From assembly GCF_006345805.1 (NCBI RefSeq), contig NC_043012.1, positions 57,970,001 through 58,034,000 of the forward strand: DNA of 64,000 bases. The letters are read 5' to 3'. The DNA comes from Octopus sinensis (taxonomy: Eukaryota). Positions 38,701 through 52,281 of this stretch are shown piece by piece (the stretch's first letter is position 1; each line of letters opens with the position of its first letter). Made by a program: the position numbers and the translations under genes. The notes under the pieces were generated by a model. The model was given only the letters and a program-made list of their open reading frames with translations. It was not told the DNA's origin and made no database searches.

Positions 38701-39236
38701 TATATATATATGTATATATATATATAAAATCAGCCCACCGTCCTTAGCAACACACCATTAATACTAAAACACTCGGGAGATGGAAGAAGAATTCGTAAGA
38801 TTAACTCCGAGACGGAAGATATTGATTTAATTGAAAATAAAGCAAATTTCTGGCAAATGAATTTAGTATAAATTTAGGATGTGTTCGATATTTCTTAATT
38901 GGTTTACATCATTGTTATTGAATGATTAAAATATTTGATTCTTTGCGCTACCCTGCTAATTCCTTGAGAGGAGGCGATTATGTATTGCTTCTTTGTTTAT
39001 TTCTGTTTTGTTTTTGCTTTTTTTTATTATTTACAGGCTTTTTTATTCAAGAAGTTTTATATCTTCGTTCCAGATGGCTTCCCTTCTACGTATTTCTGTT
39101 GTTGTTGTTGTTGTTGTTGTTTGTCGTTTATCTGTGGTATGGAGAAGATAGCTCAATCAAAGTAGTTGTGTGTATTTAGTGTCATAATTGCAATGATATC
39201 TCTGTGAAGCAGGTAAACAAATATATAAAAATGATT

Positions 39237-39284
<48 letters not shown>

Positions 39285-39519
39285 AGAGAAAAATTACTGA
39301 GAGAAAGAGAGAAGCGAAGAGAGACGTCCAAGAGAAAACTTAGCGTGATATTATTTTGAGCTACAAAAAGAGTGAGAGAAACTATATATAATATATATAT
39401 ATATATATATTATATATTATATATATATATAATATATTATATATATATATACATACATACATACATACATACATACATACATTCATACATATACCTCTCT
39501 CTCTCGCTTATAGATATAT

Positions 39520-39551
<32 letters not shown>

Positions 39552-39626
39552 GTATGTATATAAATATATTAATAAATACATTTTTACATACGTATACATA
39601 CACATTCACAAACACACAAACACATA

Positions 39627-39682
<56 letters not shown>

Positions 39683-39683
39683 C

Positions 39684-39714
<31 letters not shown>

Positions 39715-39854
39715 ATATATACATATATACTGAATGAAAGATAAAGAGACTGAAATATGTGAGAAAAAGTAAAACTAGAGAGAGCTTGTGAGAGAGAGAA
39801 AACTAAAAAGCGCCAGAGACAGAGCGATAAAAGAAATCTAGAAGTATGCGGAGA

Positions 39855-40145
39855 GATTTGGTAGACGGAAACTGAAAGAAGCCTCTGTGTGTGTGTGTGT
39901 GTGTATGTGTGTGTGTGTGCGTGTGAGCGTGTGTGTGTGTTTGTGTGTCCGTGTTTGTCCCCCACCATCGCTTGACAACCGATGCTGGTATGTTTAGGTC
40001 CCCCGTAACCTAGCAGTTCGGCAAAATAAGTCCGATAGAATAAGTACTTACAAAGAATAAGTCCTGGGGTTGATTTGCTTGAACTCATGGCGGTGCTCCA
40101 GTATGGCCGCAGTCAAATGACTGAAACAAGTAAAAGAATAAAAGA
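39855..40145 (+). mobile_element. SINE C, 5'-truncated (probable local duplicate of the 38.4-kb copy)
   Basis: Shared variants (gtacttac deletion, ctcatggcgg) and the same 3' flank tcagcccac. Confidence 0.8.
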
Positions 40146-40297
<152 letters not shown>

Positions 40298-40317
40298 ATA
40301 TATATATATATATATAG

Positions 40318-40356
<39 letters not shown>

Positions 40357-40581
40357 GTATATATATAAAGTCAGCCCACTGTCTTTTAAAGAATTAAAAA
40401 GAAAGATTTAGAAAAAGCGAAGTAAAGAACAGCAGAGAGATTAAAATGTTGGGAAAGATGGTTTGGGAGAGAGAAAAGGTAAATAGCGTTAGGGAGAGAA
40501 AGAGAGAGGGAGAGAGAGGGAGAAAATAAAAATGTTGTGAGAAAGAGAGAACAAGAAGGAGAGATAGATAGATAGATAAGT

Positions 40582-40634
<53 letters not shown>

Positions 40635-40928
40635 GAGAGAGAGAGAGAGTAAGGGAGTGAGAAACAAAAATGAAAGAAAATAAAGCGAACCTTAGGTAAA
40701 AATGTAATTGTTGAGAGCTAATGAAAGGGAACGTAACAAAAATTCGAGAGAAATAAGAGGGTGGAATGGAGAGGAGAGAGATAGAGAGATAGAGAGAGAA
40801 AGAGAGAGGGAGCAAGAGAGAAAGAGAGTGAGTGTGAGCAGGATATCTAACAAATGTAAGAAATAATGAGAGTAAGAGAGAAGTGCACATACGTACATAC
40901 ATATGTGCATGTATGTATATCTATATAT

Positions 40929-41010
<82 letters not shown>

Positions 41011-41809
41011 ATATAATATATATATATATATATACAGAGAGAGAAAGGGAATAATGAGTAGACGGAAGAGACAGAAAAAACGTGTTCAAGATACCGAGGA
41101 GTCCGTAACAAACCGAGAAAGAGGGAAACGAAAGATATAATCCCGCCATAGTTAAAGAAATAAACCAGACAACCAAGTGGTGAAAACAGAAAGCGGTGAC
41201 CGACTAAAGAGAGGGAGAGCGAGACAGAATGAGAGAAAGAGAGAGGGAGAGAGAGAGGGGGAGAGAGGAAAAAAGAAAGATGCAGAAAGAGACGTGGGAG
41301 GGTCATTAAATTGATTATTTTCATAAGTGACCGATTGTTTTGCCATCATTATACGGATGATTGGTCGCTGAAACGTAAATAATCTCTCATTATATTAAGT
41401 TTTATTTTGAGCCGAGTTTAATTTTACAGACCAGATACTGTTTTGTCAGTCGTGACAAAAAGTGAAGATGATTGCTTTTAATTTCATATAATTTCAAATA
41501 CATCGTTTCCTAGACGAAGCTTATTTCATATGTTACAGTGGAGTGTTAGAGTGATCGGTTAAAACCTGATGGTGTGTTAGACCGACTTCTGACACTTGAT
41601 AACATATTAGAACGGTGGTTGGTTATTTAGCCCCAGGTCAGGACTGGTAGTTTTTCTAGGTAATTTTCTACATAATTCAATGTTTTCAATCCTGTTCAAG
41701 CAGGGTTATAATTAAAAGGACTCCATTCGTGACCATCCCGCCTTTTATTCTGATGTTGCTTAACTACGAATCCGGAATTACGTTATTGAATGTATTCTTG
41801 TTATTCTTT

Positions 41810-42040
41810 TATCGTTTTACTTGTTTCAGTCATTTGACTGCGGTCATGCTGGAGCTCAGCCTTGAAAGGTTTTAGTCGAAGAAATCGACCCCGGGACTTT
41901 TCTTTTTTACGCCTAGTACTTATTCTGTCGATCATTTTGCAGAACCACTAGGATTTGGGGACATAAACACACCAATACCGGCTGTGAAGCGGTGATGGTG
42001 GGGACAAACACAGACACAACAGCTCACACACATAGATATG

Positions 42041-42079
<39 letters not shown>

Positions 42080-42220
42080 GCACGCACATATATACGACGG
42101 CCTTCTTTCAGTTTCCGTCTGGCAAAGCTTTGGTTGAATCAAGGCTATTGGAAAGTAAACTTACCCAAGGTTCTACACAGTGGGACTGAACCCGGAAGCA
42201 TGTGGTTGGGAAGGAAGCGT
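41810..42220 (-). mobile_element. SINE C
   Basis: Reverse-complement match to the family consensus seen in the window. Confidence 0.8.
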
Positions 42221-42390
42221 CTTGTTCGTTTCTTTTTTGTGAACACAATTTGGTGTCATTAATTTAGCTCTTACATTTACGGCAATATCGCATTGAAAAC
42301 ACCGATTCTTGTCCGATCAAAATTAAGCAAAGTCGAGATAGTTGACCGCTTATGAAACCTAGGTGCTGTAAACATCTTTCATTCCTTAAG

Positions 42391-42990
42391 ACGGCGAGTT
42401 GGTAGAAACGTTAGCGCGCCGGGCGGAATGCTTAGCGGAATTTCGTCTGCCGCTACGTTCTGAGTTCAAATTCCGCCGAGGTCGACTTTTGCCTTTAATC
42501 CTTTCGGGGTTGTTAAATAAGTACCAGTTACGCACCGGGGTCGATATAATTGACTTAATCCGTTTGTCTGTCCTTGTTTATCCCCTCTGTGTTTAGCCCC
42601 CTGTGGGTAGTAAAGAAATATGTATTTCGTCTGCCGCTACTTTCTGAGTTCAAATTCCGCCGAGGTTGATTTGCTTTCTCCTATCAGGGTTGATAAATTA
42701 AGAACCTGTTACGCACTGGCTCGATGTAATCGACTTAATCCATTTGTCTGTCCTTGTTTCTCCCCTGTATGTTTAGCCCCTCGTGGGCAACAAAGAAATA
42801 AGAAACGTTAGCACGCCGGGCGGAATGATTAGCGGTAGTTCGTCTGTCATTACGTTCTGATTTCAAATTCCGCAGGAGGTCGACTTTGCTTTTCTTCCTT
42901 TGGGGGTCGATCAATTAAGTACCAGTTGCGTAGTGGGGTGATCTACGCCCCCAGCATTTCGGTCCTTGTGCTGAGAGAAGAAAAGATTAA
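42391..42990 (+). mobile_element. SINE D trimeric form
   Basis: Head-body-linker, then body-linker, then partial head-body-tail. Confidence 0.85.
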
Positions 42991-43019
42991 CTTAGCTCTT
43001 ACATGTAGTAGGCTGAGTG

Positions 43020-43930
43020 ATCTAATGAAGGATCCTATTATAGCTAAATGCCTTGGTAACAGAGTAAAGTGTTCATATTACAAGGTAACTCTAAGCAATT
43101 TGTGCTGCGTATTGGAATCCCTTGTGCTACTCAATAGTTCATTAGTCGACCTGAGCCGCTTTACAGCTTGGTGCATACCTCTTCGTGATGCATTAGATTA
43201 ACTTGTATGGTGTATTAGTCGAATTGTTCTCCTTACTGATGATAAATAAATATGGCCTGTGCTACTCTGTGGTGATTTAATGTGGTATATATCAATTGAT
43301 GATGAATTAATTGGGCATCTGTAAGATATAGACGTATGGGGGTAACTTATGTCATCCAATGATATACAAGAATGAGTGTACTTGTAACACCTGATATTGT
43401 ATTAGTCGAATTGTTCCACATTGTAGACTATTGGCGTGACTTCCACATGATTTGTTATAAATAATACGTTTTTAAAACATGTGTCAGCTGACGATGAACA
43501 AGATCTACCCACTCGTTCCACCCGATGGCATATAATTGAATTTGATTTACTTCATGATTGACTGATTGACTTCATGGTATATTAGTCGACTTACATAATA
43601 GTTACAGAGTACTAGCCAATTTGTGTCCATTGCTCATGTATTAATGATATTTCTAATGCGTAATAGTCATGTGACGATGTACTAGCTTGGCTTTTCCGAC
43701 CTGATGGCGTCCAAGGAGTTTTGTATTACCTGATCGATATGATGGTATAGTGGTTGATTTACGTAATACTAGAGCGTATTGGTCTATTTGCGATAGTTCA
43801 TTAGATCGATTTGCACTCTGTAAATCAGTGTTATAATTTGTGTCATGTGATGGTGTATTAAAGCGAACGGCTGTCCATTTGTATCACATGATGATAGAAT
43901 ATCAATAGTGATGAGTGTCCATCTCATACT
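43020..43930. repeat. highly decayed minisatellite (motif gatggtgtattagtcgaatt)
   Basis: (T/C)ATTAGTCGA at about 43140, 43213, 43400 and 43580, plus many degenerate copies roughly 25-40 bp apart. Confidence 0.45.
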
Positions 43931-43944
43931 CAATTAGGTTGGAC

Positions 43945-44222
43945 ACGCCGTCGTTTATGACAACAGTTCCAGTTGATCCGATCAATGGAACAGCCTGCTC
44001 GTTAAATTAACGCGCCAGCGACTGAGCACTTGATAGACACGCGTGCCCTTAGCGTTTAGCGCAGGGAGATTCAGTTTGACACACTGAATGTGACAAGAAC
44101 CACAGGTACAACACAGTTCTGCCAGCTGAGTGGACAGAAGCAGCGTGAAATAAAGCGTCTTGCTCAAGGACATAACTCACCGCATCAAATCGAACTTACG
44201 ACATTATGATCGTGAGATGCAT
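43945..44222 (-). mobile_element. SINE B-type, degenerate
   Basis: Tail ggaacagcctgctcgttaaattaac and core cttgctcaagga. Confidence 0.65.
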
Positions 44223-44594
44223 ACAGCAGCTACGAATTCCTGCACCTTCAATAGAGCTACTAGTAACATCTAATAATGCTTTTAGATACTTCGTTTCCTA
44301 GACGCAGCTTATTTCATGGAGTGTTAGATTGATTGGTTAAAACCTGACGGTGTTCATAAATTATCTTTACAACTTCTTGAATCTATTGTATTATGCATTC
44401 AATATGTATTTCGCGCAACCAATGGAACCCCTGCGGATGTATTCAGATGTTTAGTAATAAAACTTAGTTTGTCTTCTCATAAATTCTACTGTATCATCCT
44501 TATTTTGCAATTTTTCTGAATTTTTCAATTTGTAAAGGTATTTTATGGACACATAACACACACACACACACACGCACACACACACACACACACA

Positions 44595-44702
<108 letters not shown>

Positions 44703-44778
44703 ACATATATATTCATATATATATATGTGTCTGAATATGTATAAATATATATACATTCATACACGCACACATGTATAT

Positions 44779-45370
44779 AGGCGCAGGCGTGGCTGTGGTA
44801 AGAAGGCAGCGAGCTGGCAGAAACGTTAGCAAGCTGGGCGAAAAGCTTAGCGGTATTTCGTCTGTCTTTACGTTCTGACTTCAAATTTCGCCGAGGTCTA
44901 CTTTGCCTTTCATCCTTTCGGGGTCGATAAATCAAGTACCAGTTGCGTACTGGGGTCGATCTAATCGACTGGCCCCCTCCTCAAAAAGTTCGAGCCTTGT
45001 GCCTAAAGAAGAAAAGAAGCTTGGTTCCCAACTATATGGTTCCGGGTTCAGTTTCCACTGCATTGTACCTTAGGTGAGTGTCTTTTACTATAACCTCGGA
45101 TAGACACTTTTGTGAGTAGATTTGATTGACGGAAACTGAAAGAAGCTCGTCGTATATATATATATATGCGTGTGTTTTTGTGTCTCTTCCCGCCACCACC
45201 GTTTGACAATTGGTGTGTTTATGTTCCCTTTACGAAGCGGTTCGACAAAGAGACCGAAAGAATAGGTATTAGGCTCTAAAAAATGAATACACCCTGGGGT
45301 CAGTTCATTCGACTAAAACCCTTCATAGTGGTGTCCCATCATGGCTGTAGTCAAATGACTGAAAGAATTA
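44779..45370 (+). mobile_element. SINE C with SINE D (44806-45013) inserted in its tRNA head
   Basis: TSD aagaag at 44800-44805 and 45014-45019. The C sequence resumes as cttggttcccaac. Confidence 0.8.
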
Positions 45371-45423
45371 AAGATATATATATTGTATGCGTCTATATAT
45401 ATCAACGTATATCTATATAGGTA

Positions 45424-45459
<36 letters not shown>

Positions 45460-45989
45460 TTATTTAAAAAAACTCCTAAATTAATAAATTAATTAGTTAT
45501 CGTTTAATCATATAAAATGTCGGCTTACGTATTCAGATTAGGGATTCGTATAAATAATCCTAAGTGAATACGGTCGGTGTCAATCAAGATTGAATCTTAT
45601 AATATTATAAGGCTTTATACAACTAGAAAAAAAAATCAATTCATTTTGTAGCCGTACATGTAACGTTTTAATTTCATCTTTTTGTTTAAGACCGGTTTCT
45701 CTCGATTTCTATTTTAGTTTCCAGACACACAGACATATACATACAAACCGATACGAGCACAGACACATACATATGCAACCTGTTCCTTCTGAGACGTATA
45801 CATACTCAACCTATACACACAAGCACTTTTAGATTGACCAATCCATCAGATCAATACAGCTTATTGTATCCTTCACTTGCAGACTGGATCGTTCGCAGGT
45901 GTCATTGATCTGGTTGGTCAGGACTGATAACAATTAAAATTGATTGAAAATAAAAATAATATAATGGAAAATAATTCGAGATTTAATAC

Positions 45990-46275
45990 ATTATGTAGTA
46001 AAACCCCCTTCTGGATGTACTTGTCAATTATGCGAGCCAAAGAACAGGTCCTAAGTGGTCGCTCGATCGGTAAGAAATAGCAGACATTATCTAGTAAAAC
46101 CCCCTTCTGGATGTACTTGTCAATTATGCGAGCCAAAGAACAGGTCCTAAGTGGTCGCTCGATCTGTAAGAAATAGCAGACATTATATAGTAAAACCCCC
46201 TTCTGGATGTACTTGTCAATTATGCGAGCCAAAGAACAGGTCCTAAGTGGTCGCTTGATCTGTAAGAAATAGCAG
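45990..46275. repeat. 96-bp tandem repeat, three copies
   Basis: ctggatgtac begins at 46011, 46107 and 46203. Units are near-identical. Confidence 0.95.
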
Positions 46276-46802
46276 CTATATGTCCTTCTAATTACTCATT
46301 ATCGACTTCAAAGTGGAAGGAGACTGCTGGATGATATTGTTTTAGATATCATTCTGGTTCATATTCTTGGCGTTTTGGGGGGAAATGTTCTTCGTGTGTG
46401 ATAGAATAGAAGGGGTTATCTTAGAGTAAAGGCATAGGGATACTCTGAATTCTGGATGATGTACCAGTATGTCTTACGCTCAGCATAGCGGTACTGACTC
46501 TGAGAATGAGAGACAGAGAGAGAGAGAGAGTTAGAGAGAGTGAGAGAGAGGGAGATTGAAAAAGAGATAAAAGAAAACAGAGAAATAAAGAAAGCAGAAA
46601 ATGAAAGAAAGAAAGAAAGAAAGAAAGAACGAAAGAAAGAAATAGGAATAACACTAGTGCGTGAGTGGTACTTTCCTTTATCGAGTCGAAAGGATAACAT
46701 AGCAGAATTGATCTCATTTGTCCGGCCTTGTATGACCGACCATACCCAGGATTTACAATGTTTCAAAATAACAAGGAAACTTCCTGGCTGAACACATTAG
46801 AT

Positions 46803-47570
46803 ATTCTTTTCTCTTCTAGGCACAAGGCCCGAAGTGTTTGGGGAGGGGGCCAGTCGATTAGGTCGACCCCGGTACGCAGCTGGTACATAAATTATCGACC
46901 CTGAAAGGATGAAAGGGTAAGTCGACCTCGGCGGAATTTGATCTCAGAACGTAAAGACAGACGAAATACCTATTTCTTTACTACCCACAAGGGGCTAAAC
47001 ACAGAGAGGACAAACAAGGACAGACAAATGGATTAAGTCGATTATATCGACCCCAGTGCATAACTGGTACTTATTTAATCGACACGAAAGGATGAAAGGC
47101 AAAGTCGACCTCGGCAGAATTTGAACTCAGAACATAGCGGTAGACGAAATACCTATTTCTTTACTGCCCACACGGAGCTAAACTCAGAGGGGACAAACAA
47201 GTACAGACTAACGAATTAAGTCGATTATATCGATCCCAGTGCGTAACTGGTACTTATTTAATCGATCCCGAAAGGATGAAAGGCAAAGTGGACCTCGGCG
47301 GAATTTGAACTCAGAACGTAGCGGCAGATGAAATACCTATCTCTTTACTACACACAACAGGCTAAACACAGAGGGGATAAACAAGGACAGACAAATGGAT
47401 TAAGTCGATTACATCGACCCCAGTGCGTAACTGGTACTTAATTTATCGACCCCGAAAGGATGAAAGGCAAAGTCGACCTCGGCGGAATTTGAACTCAGAA
47501 CGTAACGGCGGATGAAATACGGATACGCATTTCGCCCGGCGTGCTAACGTTTCTGCCAGCTCGCCGCCTT
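46803..47570 (-). mobile_element. SINE D tetrameric form (head, 3x body-linker, body, tail)
   Basis: The gaYgaaatac junction recurs with periods of 183, 184 and 184 bp. One head at about 47520-47570 and one tail at about 46803-46860. Confidence 0.9.
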
Positions 47571-48479
47571 GAACAACGCATTAAGTATTGTTCCATTTGT
47601 CAAAGAATTTTCGGTGATGCAAGTGGATAGTGGAACCTATATGTGGCTGCTAACCAGATAGAAATAGTAACTAATCTCTCTCAAATCATGTCCTACCTGT
47701 TAGAAAATATTAATAAAAGCATAAAGAAAATGATAAATTGGTTAAGGTGGTAGTGTTAGATATCATAGGTTCTCCTGTCGAAATCAACATATGAGTATTC
47801 ACCTTTTTGCCGAGCGACCTGCTCAAATGATTGTATGGTGATCAAATGCATGTGTTGTACATGATGTCACTCATTTAAATCGACGTTACGTGGACAGGTG
47901 CACGGTGTATCACTCGTCAGGTGTTGAAGCGATGGCAGAGCGACGTGAGATGAAGTGTCTTGCTCAAGAACACAACACTCAACACGGTCTAGGAATTGAA
48001 ATCACGATCTCGCAATCATGAGTTGAACATACTAGCCACTAGGCCATGCGTCCTCACAAGTGTTAAGTAAGTCTGCTAAGTTTAAAAATAGGACGGATTG
48101 TTTATGATGGATTCCTTTTAATATTGGCTTGCCTGATTAAGTCTAATCGATGCCATAACTAAATAGGAGCAGTTCTATAGCAATAGACTAAAGCAACAGA
48201 ATCTGCAACACTACATTGGTAAGCTTTGACAATGTATCTCGTGAAAAACATGTTTAAACGAAAACTAAAAGGCATTGGGGGGCGATGCATACCCTGCGTG
48301 CAGAGAACGTTTTGTTTTTTAAGTATCACCATTAGAGTCATTTATACACCGGTGGAATTAATAAATCAACTCGTAAATAAACGAAACCCTCGAATCTCTC
48401 ACTGTACGCATACTGATGCGCGCGGGCACACACACACACAGTGTCGTATATCGATGTATGTATCTATGTATGCTTGAAG

Positions 48480-48630
48480 ATAATCAGACGAAATTTTTCT
48501 CATTTCAAGCCACTAACCCAACGAGTATTTCTGTCAAATTTGGTGAAAATACGTTCAGCCGTTTTCCAGTAGTTTTGCAAACACACAGACAGACAAAGAC
48601 AAGTGGTTACTATATCTTGCTTACGCGCGA
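48480..48630. mobile_element. possible Helentron/DINE-like non-autonomous fragment
   Basis: caaatttggt...ttcagccgttt...acagacagac motif arrangement only. Confidence 0.3.
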
Positions 48631-50269
48631 AGGGAATTATAAAAACATATTAAGTCAAAATATATTTACCTTTAATTTGCAACAAAACACTGAGTGAATA
48701 TATGTGTAGTTGTCAGGTATATTAAAAAAATTACAAGACAAAGCAAGAACCATAAATCTTCTTTAAAACACATTCAACAATCTTAAAAATAAATAAGGCA
48801 AATATTTATTCAATAATGTTTAAAATTTCTTGATACACTGTGAATACATATGATCGGATACTCAACTATAGAACAGCTTACATCATAGGTCAGTTCAATT
48901 GAGGCTAAACCGGTGCTGAATAACAGCCAATGCTCCCTAACTTACGATTAATCATTGATATTCCTTACCATAAAGTTTTACAGATTTCATGCATTCGACT
49001 GCCACCATGCTGATCCTATACACATCTCATTGTATAGATATGACCTTCATCTTAAAAAGGCGTGCTACTATGTTTATTTATTGGACTGTTGTGACCTTTA
49101 CCTTGAAAATACACGCATACACATCTTTCCAAAGAGACTAGTATAACTCCACAATATTTCGAGGATAAATTATGCGTCGCTTTTTTCTGAAATTCTTTTT
49201 GCCCACTAACCGAATAACTAAGACTTTGGCATAACAAGAAGCACAGAAATGGACACTGGTAAAATTACTGCTGAGAAAAATAATTAAATTATAGTAATTA
49301 TACAAAGTAGTGCGGTATTTTGAAAAAAAAAAAAAGATAAAGGATCTTCTGGACAATAAAAGAAAATAATGCTTGGATAAAATTTGCTTTTACGTTCTAT
49401 ATTTGTCGTTCTAGTATGAAAATCTACTTGAACAATCTTTGATTCATACCTTTGAAATAATTCTGAGTATGTGAGTAAATTAGGGTTCTTCGACTGGCTG
49501 AAGATGGTTCGCAGTATTCTGATGTAATTTAGCAGAAATGCAGTAAATTTTGGTCATGGTGTTTGAGTTATTAACCAACCGGGCTTGGGCCTTCTAGTGT
49601 TGTTTGTATTGAATAATCTTTTCCGAGATACACGATGTCAGAAGAAAATATAGCAGGACGGTCACAGACTGCTTGTAATTACGGCTTTATTCGATCAGAA
49701 CCAATTTGAGTAAAAGTAGCAGCAACAACAACAAGAGAAACATGGTAATGTGGCTCGAAATAAATTCTCTGTCATTTGGGTGTTTGATACAAAAAAACAA
49801 AAAACAAAAAAACAAAAACAAAATCAAAACATTAGAACTTTGAATAAGTATTTAACGTTTTAGCTATCGATACAAAACTGTAGTGAGGTGGGATTCTGCC
49901 ATAGTCAATTTCACATCTTTCAAAGGGAATCGATAACTTAAATTTTATCGATTTTCAAGTTGATTGATCTTTCAAAGGAATCGAATACTTACGGATTAGG
50001 AGAAAATTTATTGATTGGTTCAAAACAAAATTCTACTTCACATTATCGATCAACTTTAAAATTAATTTTTTTCAAATATGTAGTTCATAACAGTCTTATT
50101 TTTTTAATTATTTCGAAGTGGACAATAATGTTATATTAAAAAAAATATCATATTATAGCCAAGAGCGTTAGTTCTGGCAGGAACATGTAGCATTTCAGAA
50201 TTTTTACTCAACCAAACTGTGAATTATCGATACCTATACACTGATACGGAAAACATTCGCGGTTAACGG

Positions 50270-50590
50270 GTATTCCGTCGATTACAACGACGAGTGTTCT
50301 TGCTGACCTGATCAACAGAACAACTTGCTCGTGAAATTAAATTACCAGTGGCTGAGCACTCCAGTGAAACGCGTATCCTTAACGTACTTCTCGGGGAAAT
50401 TAGGTGTGACACAGAATGTGACAAGGTGGTTCATCGAAATGCAGTTACAACTCTTTTTCGTCAGCTGAGTGGAGCGGAGAAGCGTGGTGGTATCAAGTGT
50501 CTTGCTGAAGGAGACTAACGCCGCTAGGGAATCGAACTCATGCCCTTAAGCTCGTGAGCTGAATATCCTAACCGCTTAGCCATGTGCCAT
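50270..50590 (-). mobile_element. SINE B-type, degenerate
   Basis: Tail cttgctcgtgaaattaa...gctgagcactcc and head cttaaccgcttagccatgtgcc. Confidence 0.65.
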
Positions 50591-50639
50591 CTATTCGCGT
50601 TTAAAGCCTGACTCGAACCTGTAGGTTCCTTAAGCCAGA

Positions 50640-50840
50640 TATTATCCGAGGACCGCGGCATACAGGTGATTGGTATAACAAGTCTTCATTGGACGAGAAG
50701 GCCACCGGCTGGAAAGTCAACCCACAAGTCTGCTGTTAACTTATTTGGGCATAACAGGAAATGCATCACCTTTCTAAAGGACAGGACGCATCACATGGTC
50801 AAGACATCGGATGTTGGGCTCATAAGCTCAACACTTTTTC
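50640..50840 (-). mobile_element. possible RTE 3' remnant
   Basis: RCLDHVMR ... PSRPMKT resembles RWxGHVxR ... RGRPxKxW. Contains stops. Confidence 0.35.
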
Positions 50841-51767
50841 CACAAGGTAACGCATCTTCACATATACATGATAAAAACGTTTAAAATTCAATGTTCCTGG
50901 ATCCAAAGTCTATTGGTTATCTTAGCTTGTCTGTCTTTAAATTTCCAGCATCAAGCTGGTCGTGTTAGCTTCACTAATTTTGTTAATTTTCCCACTGTGA
51001 CAATAATCTGGTGATTATAAGGACGTGTGATTTGATTAGAACGAAACTTCTATTTTAAAACCTCCCTAGAAAACTCATGTACGAAATAGATACAATTATA
51101 GTTATGATGGTAAAGGCATGTCTTGACTGTAATTAAATATGAACACTCGAAAGAATAAGATCAGAAGGGCCAACGTAGGAGCTTTTATGTAATCGTTCCA
51201 CCTATAAAATTGATACCTTAATCTTCGTCAAGCCTCGTCCTACCAACTTTAAAAAAGCATTGCGTAAAAGAGGCCCCCGAAGCATACCCCTAAATCTACA
51301 GCAAACACAATATGACAGCTATGAATCATTTCAAAGAGGAAAGCGCATTTGAAGTGTATGGTGAAGGTTATGTAGAGTGCTCTCTCTCTTTTGTTTTACA
51401 CTTAACTTTAACTCTGCAAGAATTTGGCAAATTTTCCGTGCAACACATTTGAAGTCTTTCAAGTGATTGTGATGCATCATTCGTGAGAATGTATTCGACG
51501 AGATAAGAGAATGCACAGAAGACAATAAGCATGATTTCGGATGATAATGCTTCGAAATTTTGGATTTTATAGAAATGTACACATACCAACGCCGTGGGAG
51601 ATTTAAGGATTATGTGAAATAAAATATTAATCTTCATCTTTATTTCAATAGATATGACATCCATTATAGTGGATTAAATTCATTACCTTAAGAACGGATT
51701 TTATAGTGAAACTATCAATTGTAATGCTACCAGACCTGCATATAATACATAAATTAAAATTCTTGCA

Positions 51768-51859
<92 letters not shown>

Positions 51860-52249
51860 TGTGTATGGGTGAATATACTTATGTTCATATATGTGTACAT
51901 ATAAATATGCCTGTATGTTTGTAAGTATTTATTTACACACGCACAAACATACACACACAGACACGCACACATATTTATACAGGAGGTGGTGCTGTGAAAA
52001 GTAGTTCTTGCTTTAAGGGCAGTGCGAAAGACCTGGCTGCCGACCCAAACTTCCTAGTACTGTTGCAGAGCTTAGAAAACCTGAAGGACTGATGCAATTA
52101 GTGTGTAAATTTGAGAGGGGAAAATGCTAAATAAAATCATAATTACCTTATCCCCCTGTATTCTATTTTACCCAAACCCATGGATTTCTGCACCACCTTG
52201 TATATATATACATACATACATACATGCATACATACATACATACATACAT

Positions 52250-52281
<32 letters not shown>

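Noticed and set aside
46803-47570. Hammerhead ribozyme in the SINE D monomer (cgaaaggatgaaagg)
   Set aside because: No CUGANGA core on either strand. The motif is the SINE central domain.
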